From Polyangiaceae bacterium (GTDB lineage Bacteria > Myxococcota_A > Polyangia > Polyangiales > Polyangiaceae), in NCBI GenBank assembly GCA_044376115.1, contig JBILLK010000009.1:1-64000 (forward strand): a stretch of 64,000 bases of DNA, given 5' to 3'. Of this stretch, positions 17,893 through 26,691 are shown piece by piece. The notes under the pieces are model-generated. The model was not told the origin of the DNA and did not search any database. It saw only the letters and a list, made by a program, of their open reading frames with translations. The position numbers and the translations under genes were made by a program. Positions within the stretch are counted from its first letter, which is position 1, and each line of letters starts with the position of its first letter.

Positions 17893-19272
17893 GTGAGAGC
17901 TCCCCGCCTCGTATCGTCCTACGCGTTCGTCTTTGCGCTCAGCTGCACGCCCTCGGCGGGGACCACGGCTCCGGCGACGCTGCAGACCGACCCATCTGCT
18001 GCAGCTCCTCAGGCGTCGCCCGTTTGTCGCGAGGGCATGGCCGTGGTCGAGGGTTTTCCTACGCCTGGGGAAGCGTTCTGCCTCGACGTGACCGAGGTCA
18101 CCGCGGCGGCCTATGCCGCGTGCGTTGCAGCCAAGAAGTGTGGCCGCGTGGATGACCGCTCGTACGACACTTGCACCGGCAAGCCTGGCCTGAAGGACCG
18201 CTCCAACCACCCGATCACCTGTGTGACCGGTGTCGAAGCGGAGGCCTATTGTCGCTACGTGGGGAAGCGCCTCCCGAGCAATGGCGAGCATCACTTCGCC
18301 ACGTTTGGCCCGGAGCGACGCAAATGGCCGTGGGGCGCAGAGGCACCCGCCGACCACATGTGTTGGGCGGGCGGTAGTCCCGCGGGCGCAACGGGAGATG
18401 CGACGACCTGTGCCGTTGGCAGCCACCCCAAAGGCAAAGGGCCCTTCGGGCATCTCGACCTCATGGGCAATGCCTGGGAGTGGGTGACCTCCGCGGGCCA
18501 TCGCTTCAAGTCCAAAGAGGATCCGGTCGGCGATTTCGGGCTCCGCGGTGGACCTGACTTTGGGAGCACCGAAGCGGTGGACGGGCTTCAGCTCGAAGTC
18601 TCGCTGGCAAAGGACGGGATGATCTGGAGCTCGGGTATGCGCTGCGCGAGCGATCTCGAGCGAGCGTTGCCTCCTCCTCCGCCCAAAGACGCAAGCGACA
18701 GCTGCCCCGCAGACATGGCCCGCGTAGCCCAAGGATCGGCGACGCTCGACGCTGGGCCAGTCGCCGTAGCCAGCTTCTGTCTCGACCGCACCGAGGTCAC
18801 CGTCCAGGCCTATGGCGCCTGCGTCGCCGCCGGCACCTGCAGCGCGGTGAAAGGCCCGTATCCCTCGTGCAATGGGGACACGGCGGATCGCAAACAGCAC
18901 CCGGTGAACTGCGTGAACTTCGGCGACGCCGAGCGCTTTTGCAAGCAGGCGGGGAAACGTCTCCCGACGATCGAGGAGCTTTGGCTTGCCACCGCTGCAG
19001 AGCCTGCGCCGAAGGACGCCTGCGCATCAAACCTCGCGCCGCGCGACGGCACCTGCCGTGTCGCGGGCTTCATGCACGCCGGCCAAGCGCACGCGGATCT
19101 CGTTGGCAACGTATGGGAGTGGAGCTCGTCGCCTGCGCCACGCGGTGACGCCAATACGGTACAGTTCCTCGCGGGTGCGAGCTGGGGCGAGACGGAAGCG
19201 CTACAGCGCGGGGTAGGTACGAGTCCGAAGGACGCGACCGAGTCGGGGCTCGGCTTCCGCTGCGCGCGTTGA
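17893..19272 (+). CDS. Lipoprotein with two FGE-sulfatase (SUMF1/EgtB/PvdO) domains
   Basis: Twice: FCLDxTEVT, HPxxCV, GKRLP, DLxGNxWEW, GxRCA. Confidence 0.9.
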   Translation: MRAPRLVSSYAFVFALSCTPSAGTTAPATLQTDPSAAAPQASPVCREGMAVVEGFPTPGEAFCLDVTEVTAAAYAACVAAKKCGRVDDRSYDTCTGKPGLKDRSNHPITCVTGVEAEAYCRYVGKRLPSNGEHHFATFGPERRKWPWGAEAPADHMCWAGGSPAGATGDATTCAVGSHPKGKGPFGHLDLMGNAWEWVTSAGHRFKSKEDPVGDFGLRGGPDFGSTEAVDGLQLEVSLAKDGMIWSSGMRCASDLERALPPPPPKDASDSCPADMARVAQGSATLDAGPVAVASFCLDRTEVTVQAYGACVAAGTCSAVKGPYPSCNGDTADRKQHPVNCVNFGDAERFCKQAGKRLPTIEELWLATAAEPAPKDACASNLAPRDGTCRVAGFMHAGQAHADLVGNVWEWSSSPAPRGDANTVQFLAGASWGETEALQRGVGTSPKDATESGLGFRCAR

Positions 19273-19294
19273 GCAGCGGCGCTCAGCGCCGATC

Positions 19295-19870
19295 CTAGAA
19301 CCAGCGCTTGGGCACTTTGTAGTCGGCCAGATCGGCGTCTTGCATTTCGAGTTCGAGCGCCTTCGCGCAGGCCTCGCAATGTGGCCCTTCGTGGGTGCTT
19401 ACAACCTGCTGCAGCGGCACGTCGACCTTGCATCGCGTGCATACGACCAACGCTTGCCGCAGGGCACGCGAGGCGCTGCTTCGGTACGACTCCACGGCCC
19501 GCGCGGTGGTGAGGCCGTCCTCGCGATCGCGGTGGCGCGCGAGGTTGGCGAGCTCCGGTCCATCGACCCAAAGGCCGCGGCAGGCCGCGCAATGATCGAT
19601 GATGACGTCGAAGAAGCGGAAGGCCGTCGTCTGGGCCAGACAGCGCGGACACTGCACGAGCCCCGCTTGTGGATCCGGCTCGGGCGCCATCGTCTCGAGC
19701 CGCTGGAGCGCTGGGTAGACCTTGCCCACCTCGCCGCCGTCGAGCCACACGCCGCCGCACTCGAGGCACATGTCCGCGACCACGAACTCCGCGTGATCGC
19801 TGCTGCGACCGTAGGCCTCCATCGCGAGATCGCAGCGGGGGCATTGGATGCTGTGCGTGGGTTCGCTCAC
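19295..19870 (-). CDS. Tandem zf-TFIIB zinc-ribbon protein
   Basis: CPRC...DMCLECGGVWLDGGE; CPRC...IDHCAACRGLWVDGPEL. Confidence 0.85.
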   Translation of the reverse strand: MSEPTHSIQCPRCDLAMEAYGRSSDHAEFVVADMCLECGGVWLDGGEVGKVYPALQRLETMAPEPDPQAGLVQCPRCLAQTTAFRFFDVIIDHCAACRGLWVDGPELANLARHRDREDGLTTARAVESYRSSASRALRQALVVCTRCKVDVPLQQVVSTHEGPHCEACAKALELEMQDADLADYKVPKRWF

Positions 19871-19898
19871 GCGGGAACGCTATCGCCGAAGGGGCGCT

Positions 19899-19995
19899 CC
19901 TTCAAGCAACCCCAGCGTGCCTCGGCGCGCCGAAGTACGCAGTAAACAGCGCCCGCGCGACCTCCGCACCGGGGAGCCCAAGCTCCGGCTCGCCG
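19899..19995. repeat. 97-bp direct repeat, displaced copy of the 3' end of the 21311-22501 gene
   Basis: Matches 21308-21404 with one mismatch (19916 C versus 21325 T). Confidence 0.95.
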
Positions 19996-20017
19996 CGCTT
20001 TGCGGCCCGAACTCACC

Positions 20018-21202
20018 TCAGGGGAAGAAGCGCTTGAGGCGCAAAAAGTGCTTCTCGAAGAGGTGATACATGCCCCAGGCCGCGACCAGGATGGGACCGG
20101 CGCACAGCGCGTAGAACAGCAGCTGCCCAGGCAGCTCACTGCCCCAGAGTCGGTGAAAGGTATGAGGCGGTTTGGAGTAGGACGGGCCGTAGAATCGGTC
20201 TCGCACCACAGCGCGGATGGGCAAGTGAATCAAATAGAGCCCATACGAGTATCGACCGAGAAAGGTTAACGATCGAGACGAGAACAGCTTGTTGATGCGG
20301 CTCTCGCGCCTGGAGTCGGCGACCCACACCAGTAGGCCGCCAAACGCGATCGCCACAAAGGTGAAGCCAATGCGCAGAGAGAACGGCCCCAGTCCCGGAG
20401 CCCAAGCGTAAGTAGCCCGAAACACGAGTTCGAGGATCACGATCAGCAGGGCCACTCCGCCGCACCCGAGAAACACCCGCCGACCGTGCCCAGCCCAGCC
20501 CTCCAGGCCACCCATTTCACGGCTCTTGACCGCGAGAAAGGCGCCAACGGCCAAGGCATCCATCCGACACGGAGTCAGCGCGTAAACAGCGAATCCGGTG
20601 ATGTCGAACGCCTCGATCACGGCCACTCGTGACAGGAACGCAAACCCAATCAGAGCGAGGCAGACTCGCTTAACCGTGCGCGCCGTGAGGAAGTACACAA
20701 CGGCTGGCCACACAAGGTAGAACTGCTCCTCAATCGCCAGCGACCACGTAATGTCGAGAATCCCGTGTTGAGGCGCCCCCATTCGCGCGATTGAGAAGTT
20801 CTGCAAGTAGAAGAAGTAATACGGGAGATCGGCGTTGATGGAGCCGAAGCGAGCTGCCTTCGCCGGTGGCAGGAGCCCAGGGATTACCCAGATGCAAGCA
20901 AATAATATTGCATAGTAAAGCGGGAATATTCGCAGCGCGCGGCGAACGTAGAAGTTGCGAAAGAACCGCGGTCTCATGCGTGTCTCGAGCAATATTCCGG
21001 TAATCAGGAAGCCTGACAAAACAAAGAACAGGTCCACGCCGATCGACCCCCACCACGCGAGGTACTGACCCCAACGGTCGATAGGATTCGTCCCGCCAAA
21101 ACCAGTGAGATGGCAAACCATGACCAGCAAGATGGCTAGTCCCCGAATGCCATCCAGCACAGGTTGATGCTTGCTTCGGTTTGTCGCCTCGTCGCTGTTC
21201 AC
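20018..21202 (-). CDS. Acyltransferase-3 (OafA/YrhL-like) O-acyltransferase
   Basis: LDGIRGLAILLV, GVDLFFVLSGFLIT, FYVRRALRIFPLYY, TWSLAIEEQFY. Confidence 0.95.
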   Translation of the reverse strand: MNSDEATNRSKHQPVLDGIRGLAILLVMVCHLTGFGGTNPIDRWGQYLAWWGSIGVDLFFVLSGFLITGILLETRMRPRFFRNFYVRRALRIFPLYYAILFACIWVIPGLLPPAKAARFGSINADLPYYFFYLQNFSIARMGAPQHGILDITWSLAIEEQFYLVWPAVVYFLTARTVKRVCLALIGFAFLSRVAVIEAFDITGFAVYALTPCRMDALAVGAFLAVKSREMGGLEGWAGHGRRVFLGCGGVALLIVILELVFRATYAWAPGLGPFSLRIGFTFVAIAFGGLLVWVADSRRESRINKLFSSRSLTFLGRYSYGLYLIHLPIRAVVRDRFYGPSYSKPPHTFHRLWGSELPGQLLFYALCAGPILVAAWGMYHLFEKHFLRLKRFFP

Positions 21203-21231
21203 GCGCGAAGGAGAACGACGAAACCTCGCGA

Positions 21232-21286
21232 TGTCGAGCGCATTTGTTCGAGCGTTGTCAGCGTATTTGTTCGAGCGCTGTCGAGC
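21232..21286. repeat. 23-bp-period tandem repeat upstream of the acyltransferase
   Basis: ATTTGTTCGAGCG at 21242 and 21265, flanked by TGTCGAGC. Confidence 0.7.
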
Positions 21287-21307
21287 CGCGCGGGCAGCAG
21301 AGTGGCG

Positions 21308-21404
21308 CCTTCAAGCAACCCCAGTGTGCCTCGGCGCGCCGAAGTACGCAGTAAACAGCGCCCGCGCGACCTCCGCACCGGGGAGCCCAAGCTCCGGCTC
21401 GCCG
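21308..21404. repeat. 97-bp direct repeat forming the 3' end of the ferritin-like gene
   Basis: Matches 19899-19995. Confidence 0.95.
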
Positions 21405-22501
21405 TCGTACTGGTCGAGTGAAGCCCACAATTCGGCGAGTGCGCTCTCGCGCGCGAGGGCGATCCGTTGCGTTGCTCCGTCGTCGAGTTGAAGGGCAAGC
21501 CAATCCCCGACGTCTTCGGCGAGCGCCGCGTGGCTTCGCTCGTCGGCCGCGATGTCTTGGAAGACGCTGCGCAGCTCCACAGAGCCAGCGCGCTCCGCTT
21601 GATAGGTCGCCAGCAGCGCGCCGTACGCCTCGCGCACGCAGCCCTCGACCACGTTCTCGAGCGCGAGCTGCTCGACCGTGCGCGCAGCCTCTTTGGCCCG
21701 CGTGAACGACCCCAGCGCCTTGTTGCCAGCGAGCCCTCGGCGGCTGGCCAGCCGACGCATTTGCCGTGCGTGCCGAACCTCGTCCCGTTGTGCAACGCGA
21801 GCGCGCTCGGCGAGCTCGGGCGGTGCGCCTCGCTCGAGCAGCTCGCGCTCGAGTCGAGCAAAGGCCGGTACGCTGGCGGCCTCGAGCAGCGCCATCCTCG
21901 AAAGCAGCTGCGCAACCCGATCCCCCGAGTCTGCGTCGCGCAGCACCAGGCCGTCTGGGCGTCGGCCGCAATACGGCATGGGCGCTTCGTACGGTTCCGG
22001 CTGCACGAAGACCAGCGAACTCGAGAGTGGTTTGCCTCGACGATCGAGCTCGACCAGCTCCACCACGGTGCGCGTCGTACTTCGCTCGGTTTGGTACGAG
22101 CTGCACGGGCCGGAGTGAGGCTGACAGCAACGCGGTTGAACAGAGACTGTGACCGTGACTGGCTTTGACTCGCGCACCAGGTTGCAGAGGAAGTGTTCGG
22201 ACTTGGGGTCCCAGTCCACGCTGTCCTTGGTGGACGTAACCTTGCCGGGCACGGCCAGCGAGGTATCAACGGCTACGCGAGCTTTGTAGGCGGCGCAAAG
22301 CGAGAGCGCTGTTTGTGGCATGGGCACCGGCGGTTGACCCGGCGCCACGACCACAAACCCTTCATCGACCGCTGGGGTGCTTTGGCTCGACGGCTGCAGC
22401 GTCGGGGTGGCGGGCCGTTGCGGCTCTGGGTGGCACGCCGCGAGCACCACCCACACGGCCCCTAGCATTCTTCCTTCGACTGGCTTCGTCATGTGCCGCA
22501 C
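21311..22501 (-). CDS. Myxobacterial ferritin-like domain lipoprotein
   Basis: Lipobox LAAC; CGRRPDGL, LEAASVPAF, DEVRHA, ENVVEGCVRE, DERSHA. Confidence 0.85.
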   Translation of the reverse strand: MRHMTKPVEGRMLGAVWVVLAACHPEPQRPATPTLQPSSQSTPAVDEGFVVVAPGQPPVPMPQTALSLCAAYKARVAVDTSLAVPGKVTSTKDSVDWDPKSEHFLCNLVRESKPVTVTVSVQPRCCQPHSGPCSSYQTERSTTRTVVELVELDRRGKPLSSSLVFVQPEPYEAPMPYCGRRPDGLVLRDADSGDRVAQLLSRMALLEAASVPAFARLERELLERGAPPELAERARVAQRDEVRHARQMRRLASRRGLAGNKALGSFTRAKEAARTVEQLALENVVEGCVREAYGALLATYQAERAGSVELRSVFQDIAADERSHAALAEDVGDWLALQLDDGATQRIALARESALAELWASLDQYDGEPELGLPGAEVARALFTAYFGAPRHTGVA

Positions 22502-22569
22502 GTAGCAACGTCGCTCGCGAACGTGACCGCGCTCAGGCTTGGGTTGGCGACGATGCCCGCGCGGCTTGG

Positions 22570-22995
22570 TCAGGGTGACGCCGCGAGCGCGTGGGGCTCG
22601 CTCGCGCGCATCATGAGGTCCGCCTCCTGGGCTCCACGATGGCGGTCATACGCGAGCTGAAATAGCGCCAGGGCAGCCTGCACATCGCTCGATGTACGGA
22701 TCGGAAAAACCACGAACTCATCACTGTAGCGAAAGGGCTTGGCTCGGCTCGAAGCGATCAGCGCTTTGCGCAGCTTCTTACCGACGGCGATATGGGCCTC
22801 CCCGCCGAGGTGGATATGTCCGACTTCCTCTTGGCCAACGTAAAAGTCCGCACCGTCGACGACCTGCTCATCGCCGAGTAGCCAGTGCGTGCGCGCGTGC
22901 ATATCCGCCCAGCCTGCGAGTGCGGTCGAGACCACTTGTGCATACTCAGGAAGGGCGGGCGGGGGAGAGAACCGACCTTTGCTGGAGAGCTTCAT
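22570..22995 (-). CDS. DUF5519/luciferase-like domain protein
   Basis: DFYVGQEEVGHIHLGGEAHI; ALALFQLAYD. Confidence 0.7.
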   Translation of the reverse strand: MKLSSKGRFSPPPALPEYAQVVSTALAGWADMHARTHWLLGDEQVVDGADFYVGQEEVGHIHLGGEAHIAVGKKLRKALIASSRAKPFRYSDEFVVFPIRTSSDVQAALALFQLAYDRHRGAQEADLMMRASEPHALAASP

Positions 22996-23130
22996 CGCCC
23001 ACAGCATACTCGCTGCAAGGGCCGGTGCACGGTCTGCAACAGGTTCAACCACTGCCCCACGATTCGGTCGGTCACGCGCTGCAGGACTCACACAGCTGAC
23101 GACTCCATCAGGCCGTGCTACCTCCCACAC

Positions 23131-23646
23131 ATGGCTGCTCAAGTTCCGTTCGCCGACGCTGAGGTCCTTAGCGTTGATGGCACGCCAACCAAAGTGGCGA
23201 CCTTCTGGAAAGACGGTCCCGTGGTGTTGGTTTTTCTGCGGCACTTTGGCTGACTTTTCTGCCGAGAGCAGGCCGCGCAGGTGCGTGGCGTAGAAGATCG
23301 AATCAAGGCCAAGGGCGCGAGCGTGGTGTTCATTGGTAACGGCGCGCCTTTCATGGCCAAAGCCTTCCAGGAGGACTACGCCATCGGTATGCCGGTCTAC
23401 ACGGATCCGCAGCGAGTGCTCTACAAGCTCGCTGAGTTCGTGAAGGGCGGGTCCATCTGGAAGGCGCTCAAGAACACCCCGCGCGCCTTGGCGAAGGGAT
23501 TCTTGCAAGGCCGCACCCAGGGTGACGCCTTTCAGCTCGGCGGTGTATTCGTGCTGAGCACAACGGGCGAGGTGCTCTACCGCTACGCGAGCGAAGCGGC
23601 CGGTGACCACCCATCGACCGACGCCATCCTAGCGGCGCTGGGCTGA
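23131..23646 (+). CDS. Selenoprotein, AhpC/TSA peroxiredoxin-like (SelL/SelU-like), Sec at codon 41
   Basis: VVLVFLRHFG-TGA-LFCREQ gives UxxC; in frame with ORF 23281-23646 (YTDP, QGDAFQLGGVFV). Confidence 0.88.
23272..23289 (+). promoter_or_regulatory. Bacterial SECIS-like hairpin
   Basis: Stem GCCGCGC/GCGTGGC, loop AGGT, loop 25 nt after the UGA. Confidence 0.7.
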
Positions 23647-23648
23647 GT

Positions 23649-24308
23649 TCAGCGGTAGTCGATGGCTTGCCAGCCAGGGACCACGTCGGAGAAGCCGCAA
23701 GCAGCCTCGGTGAACGACGGTGAGCTCATGGCCATGTAGTGGCCGCACGAGAGGAAGATGCAGCCGTCGCAATCCTGGCCGAAGGGGCAAGCGTCGCAGT
23801 TGACGCACTCGGGGTAGTCCTTCTCGTTCCACATGTATTGGAGGCACGAGGTGATGCCTTGCGCGCTGTGATCGAAGCCCATGCACTCGCCTTGGCCGCT
23901 CGCTCCGCAGGAGTTGGTGGCGAAGAAGGCTGCGTGTGCCTGGCCCACCGAGACGTCGTAGCTCACCTCTTGATCGACGCAGGACTCGGCCGATTGCCAG
24001 CGCCCGTACGGAGCGAGGCCCTTGGTTGCACGCAGCTCGTTGATCTTGTCGACGCAGGCTTGGCGAGCCTCTGCGTACGGATCGGCACTGCCGCTGCTCG
24101 TCGTCGCGGAGCTCGTGGTTGCGGAGCTCGTGCTGCTGCTCGTGGTGGTACCGGACGTTGTGCCCGAAGCGCTGATCGAAGTGGCGTTGACGCCGCTGTT
24201 GTCGCCGCCGCTGCCGCCGCTGCCGCCCTCGGCATCGCTCGAGGCGTCTTCATCGCAGGCGACGAGGAGCGAGGCAGCCAGGGCAAACACGATCGTCAGG
24301 CGAAGCAT
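23649..24308 (-). CDS. CAP/SCP-like domain lipoprotein
   Basis: Lipobox LVAC; CVDKINELRATKGL, AH, GHYMAM...ACG. Confidence 0.8.
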   Translation of the reverse strand: MLRLTIVFALAASLLVACDEDASSDAEGGSGGSGGDNSGVNATSISASGTTSGTTTSSSTSSATTSSATTSSGSADPYAEARQACVDKINELRATKGLAPYGRWQSAESCVDQEVSYDVSVGQAHAAFFATNSCGASGQGECMGFDHSAQGITSCLQYMWNEKDYPECVNCDACPFGQDCDGCIFLSCGHYMAMSSPSFTEAACGFSDVVPGWQAIDYR

Positions 24309-24416
24309 GGCCCAATCACACGTGAAGCTCCTCCCCAGGTCAACGTGGAACGGCTCGTCTGCGCAACGGCCTTGCAGGCTAGGGTGCCGCGGTGGTTTCC
24401 TCGTGAGCCCAACTTC

Positions 24417-24932
24417 ATGAAGCCTTGGCTGCTCGTCGTCATCGGTCCTTGGGTCGCTGCCTGCAGCGGCTCGGCGACCGCGCCGGAGTTAGCAACGGTG
24501 CTGCTCCCCTCCAGCTCCGCGGCGAGCCGACCCAGCGCGCTCGCCTTAGCGCGACTGCCGGCGGATTGGTCAGGCTGGTACAGCGCACCGCACGAGGTCA
24601 GCCATGTTTGCGACAACCCCGACTGGTGCGTGCAGGAGGTGAGCGACAGCCTCAGGCTGGCCCAGCAAGGCAACGATCTGCAGGTGGAGATCGAGCTCGT
24701 TCAGACCAACTTCCACACCTGCACCTGGCATGGCGCAATGACTTCGGGCCCGGTCGAAGGCCGCTGGGAATACTCCGAACCCGAGTGCGCGTTGGTCTTG
24801 GAGTTGAAGGGCAATCTCTTTCGGCTCAGCTCCGAGGGCTGTCGCGAATATTGCGGAGCGCGCGCGTATTTGAGCGCGGAGTTCGCGGTCGCGTCGCGCT
24901 CGAGCCGCCCGCCCCGCGCGCCGGCGGAGTGA
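24417..24932 (+). CDS. Hypothetical lipoprotein
   Basis: Lipobox VAAC; NFHTC, CREYCGARA. Confidence 0.7.
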   Translation: MKPWLLVVIGPWVAACSGSATAPELATVLLPSSSAASRPSALALARLPADWSGWYSAPHEVSHVCDNPDWCVQEVSDSLRLAQQGNDLQVEIELVQTNFHTCTWHGAMTSGPVEGRWEYSEPECALVLELKGNLFRLSSEGCREYCGARAYLSAEFAVASRSSRPPRAPAE

Positions 24933-24945
24933 GCGGAAGCATGGC

Positions 24946-26691
24946 TCAAAGCTCGATGCCGAGGCCGAGTCCAGGCTGGATGTGGAGCTGTGGACCCCAC
25001 AGCTCCTCTTCGCGAAAGCGCGCCGCGCCGTCGTTGCTCCCGACGGGCACCAATTCAAGGTAGTTCCACGGCTCGACAGCGAGTGGCATCAACACCATCG
25101 CGGCTCCGCTCAGCCAGAGGTCGAGCCACGGTAGGGGCGAGATGCCGAAGCGGAGCTCGGGCTTGATCACGAGGCCAGCGAGGAAGCTCTCCGAGGCGTA
25201 CGGACCAAGCGCAAATGGAGCCGCCTCTGAATCGAGTCCGCTCGCCTTGCGAACGGTCCGGGCACCACCAAAAAATCCGCCGATGCGGGCGCCTACGCTG
25301 AGAAACGGCAGCCTCCCAAGATTGGGGCGATACGATACGCCCCCAAGAGCGGTCAGGCCGGACAAGAGGAACTCCTCCGCGAACACTGCTTCGTTCGCTG
25401 GGAGACCGACGGGCTTGAGGGGCTCGCTGCGTTCGAGCGTGGAGCCATTGCGCAAGTAGCCTGCCTCGAGATCGAAGCCCAAGCCGAAGCGCAGGCGGTA
25501 CGACGCTGCAATCCCGACGTAGCCACCAACTCCGAGCGAACGTTCGCAGTCGGAGCACGTGACGCCGTCGAGTTCGGGAGAGATGCTCACCGCACCGATC
25601 ACTCCAAGTTCGAATGGGCTTACCTCTCGATCTGCGATTGGCCTCAACACGAGCTCCCGAGCCGGTCGGGCCGAAGTCGTAAGCACGACGGTCTCGACGA
25701 TGGGTTCAAAGCCGGGCATCGAAGCGCTCAGCGAGTACTTTCCAATTGGTAAGTTCGCCTCGAATCGGCCGGTCCCAACGACCACCCCATCGAGTGAGAT
25801 CGTGGCTCCGGGAGGAGTTGCCACCACGCGCAGCGAAGAACCGAGCGCGGTAAGTTCGAGCGTCGTCTCGCTCTTTTGACCGAGCACAACCACGGCCTGC
25901 TTCGGCGCCGTCCCCTGCGAGTCTCCGCCCTCGAGCCAAATCGCGTGCGGCCCGGGCGCGAGCGCGCCTTCCCACGGCGTTTTGCCAACGGCTACACCGT
26001 CGACCAGCAGCGTGGCTTCGGCTCCCGATTTCTCCTTCACTTTGAGTCGCCCAACCGAACCCAGTAGTTGGAACGCCGGTTCGACCTTCGTCTCCGCTCC
26101 ACGCTGTGTGGTCAGCTGCGTCTCGAACACGGCGTAGCCGTCGAGGTACATGCGCACCACGGTCATCCCGGCGACGACCCTCACCGGCTCCTTGAACGGC
26201 GTACGCCCGATGGGTCTGCCGTTGACCGTGACCGCGGTTCCATCCTCCGTTGCGAAGGTCAGTCGAGCGAGCTGCGCATCCAACGAGCGCACCTGCCGTT
26301 CGACCCGCTCCTTCACCTCGGGCGGAAGATCGGCGAAGTCGAGCAGGACGTTGCGGAACATGTCGTATGCCGCGTCCGTCCGTCCCGTTTCTCGCAGACA
26401 GATGGCTGCATTTTCGGTGGCCGCTCTCGTCGGGAAGGCCTCGCGCGACCGCAAGAAGTCCACCAGCGCATCCTGGAACTTCGACTGCTCCAGCAGCGTA
26501 ACCCCGCGCTCAAAGTGGCGCTTGGCGTCCTTGCGCAGCTCTTCTGTGCGCGTAGTGGGCGGCTCGGGGGTCTTGGACGTCGGCCCGGTTTCCTGCGCAG
26601 ATAAGGTTGGCGCCCACGCGAGCAACGTCAGCAGGGCAACGCCGAACATGCTCGGTCGGAGCGGCGAGCCGCGCGAAGAACGTCGTTTCAT
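24946..26691 (-). CDS. TPR + PEGA domain protein
   Basis: AKRHFERGV TPR; three PEGA repeats (VNGRPIGRTP, VDGVAVGKTP, LDGVVVG); beta-rich C-terminus. Confidence 0.9.
   Translation of the reverse strand: MKRRSSRGSPLRPSMFGVALLTLLAWAPTLSAQETGPTSKTPEPPTTRTEELRKDAKRHFERGVTLLEQSKFQDALVDFLRSREAFPTRAATENAAICLRETGRTDAAYDMFRNVLLDFADLPPEVKERVERQVRSLDAQLARLTFATEDGTAVTVNGRPIGRTPFKEPVRVVAGMTVVRMYLDGYAVFETQLTTQRGAETKVEPAFQLLGSVGRLKVKEKSGAEATLLVDGVAVGKTPWEGALAPGPHAIWLEGGDSQGTAPKQAVVVLGQKSETTLELTALGSSLRVVATPPGATISLDGVVVGTGRFEANLPIGKYSLSASMPGFEPIVETVVLTTSARPARELVLRPIADREVSPFELGVIGAVSISPELDGVTCSDCERSLGVGGYVGIAASYRLRFGLGFDLEAGYLRNGSTLERSEPLKPVGLPANEAVFAEEFLLSGLTALGGVSYRPNLGRLPFLSVGARIGGFFGGARTVRKASGLDSEAAPFALGPYASESFLAGLVIKPELRFGISPLPWLDLWLSGAAMVLMPLAVEPWNYLELVPVGSNDGAARFREEELWGPQLHIQPGLGLGIEL

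Noticed and set aside
17893..21404. Diversity-generating retroelement (FGE-sulfatase target plus nearby repeat pair)
   Set aside because: No reverse transcriptase in the window; the 97-bp repeats do not match the FGE gene and differ at only one site
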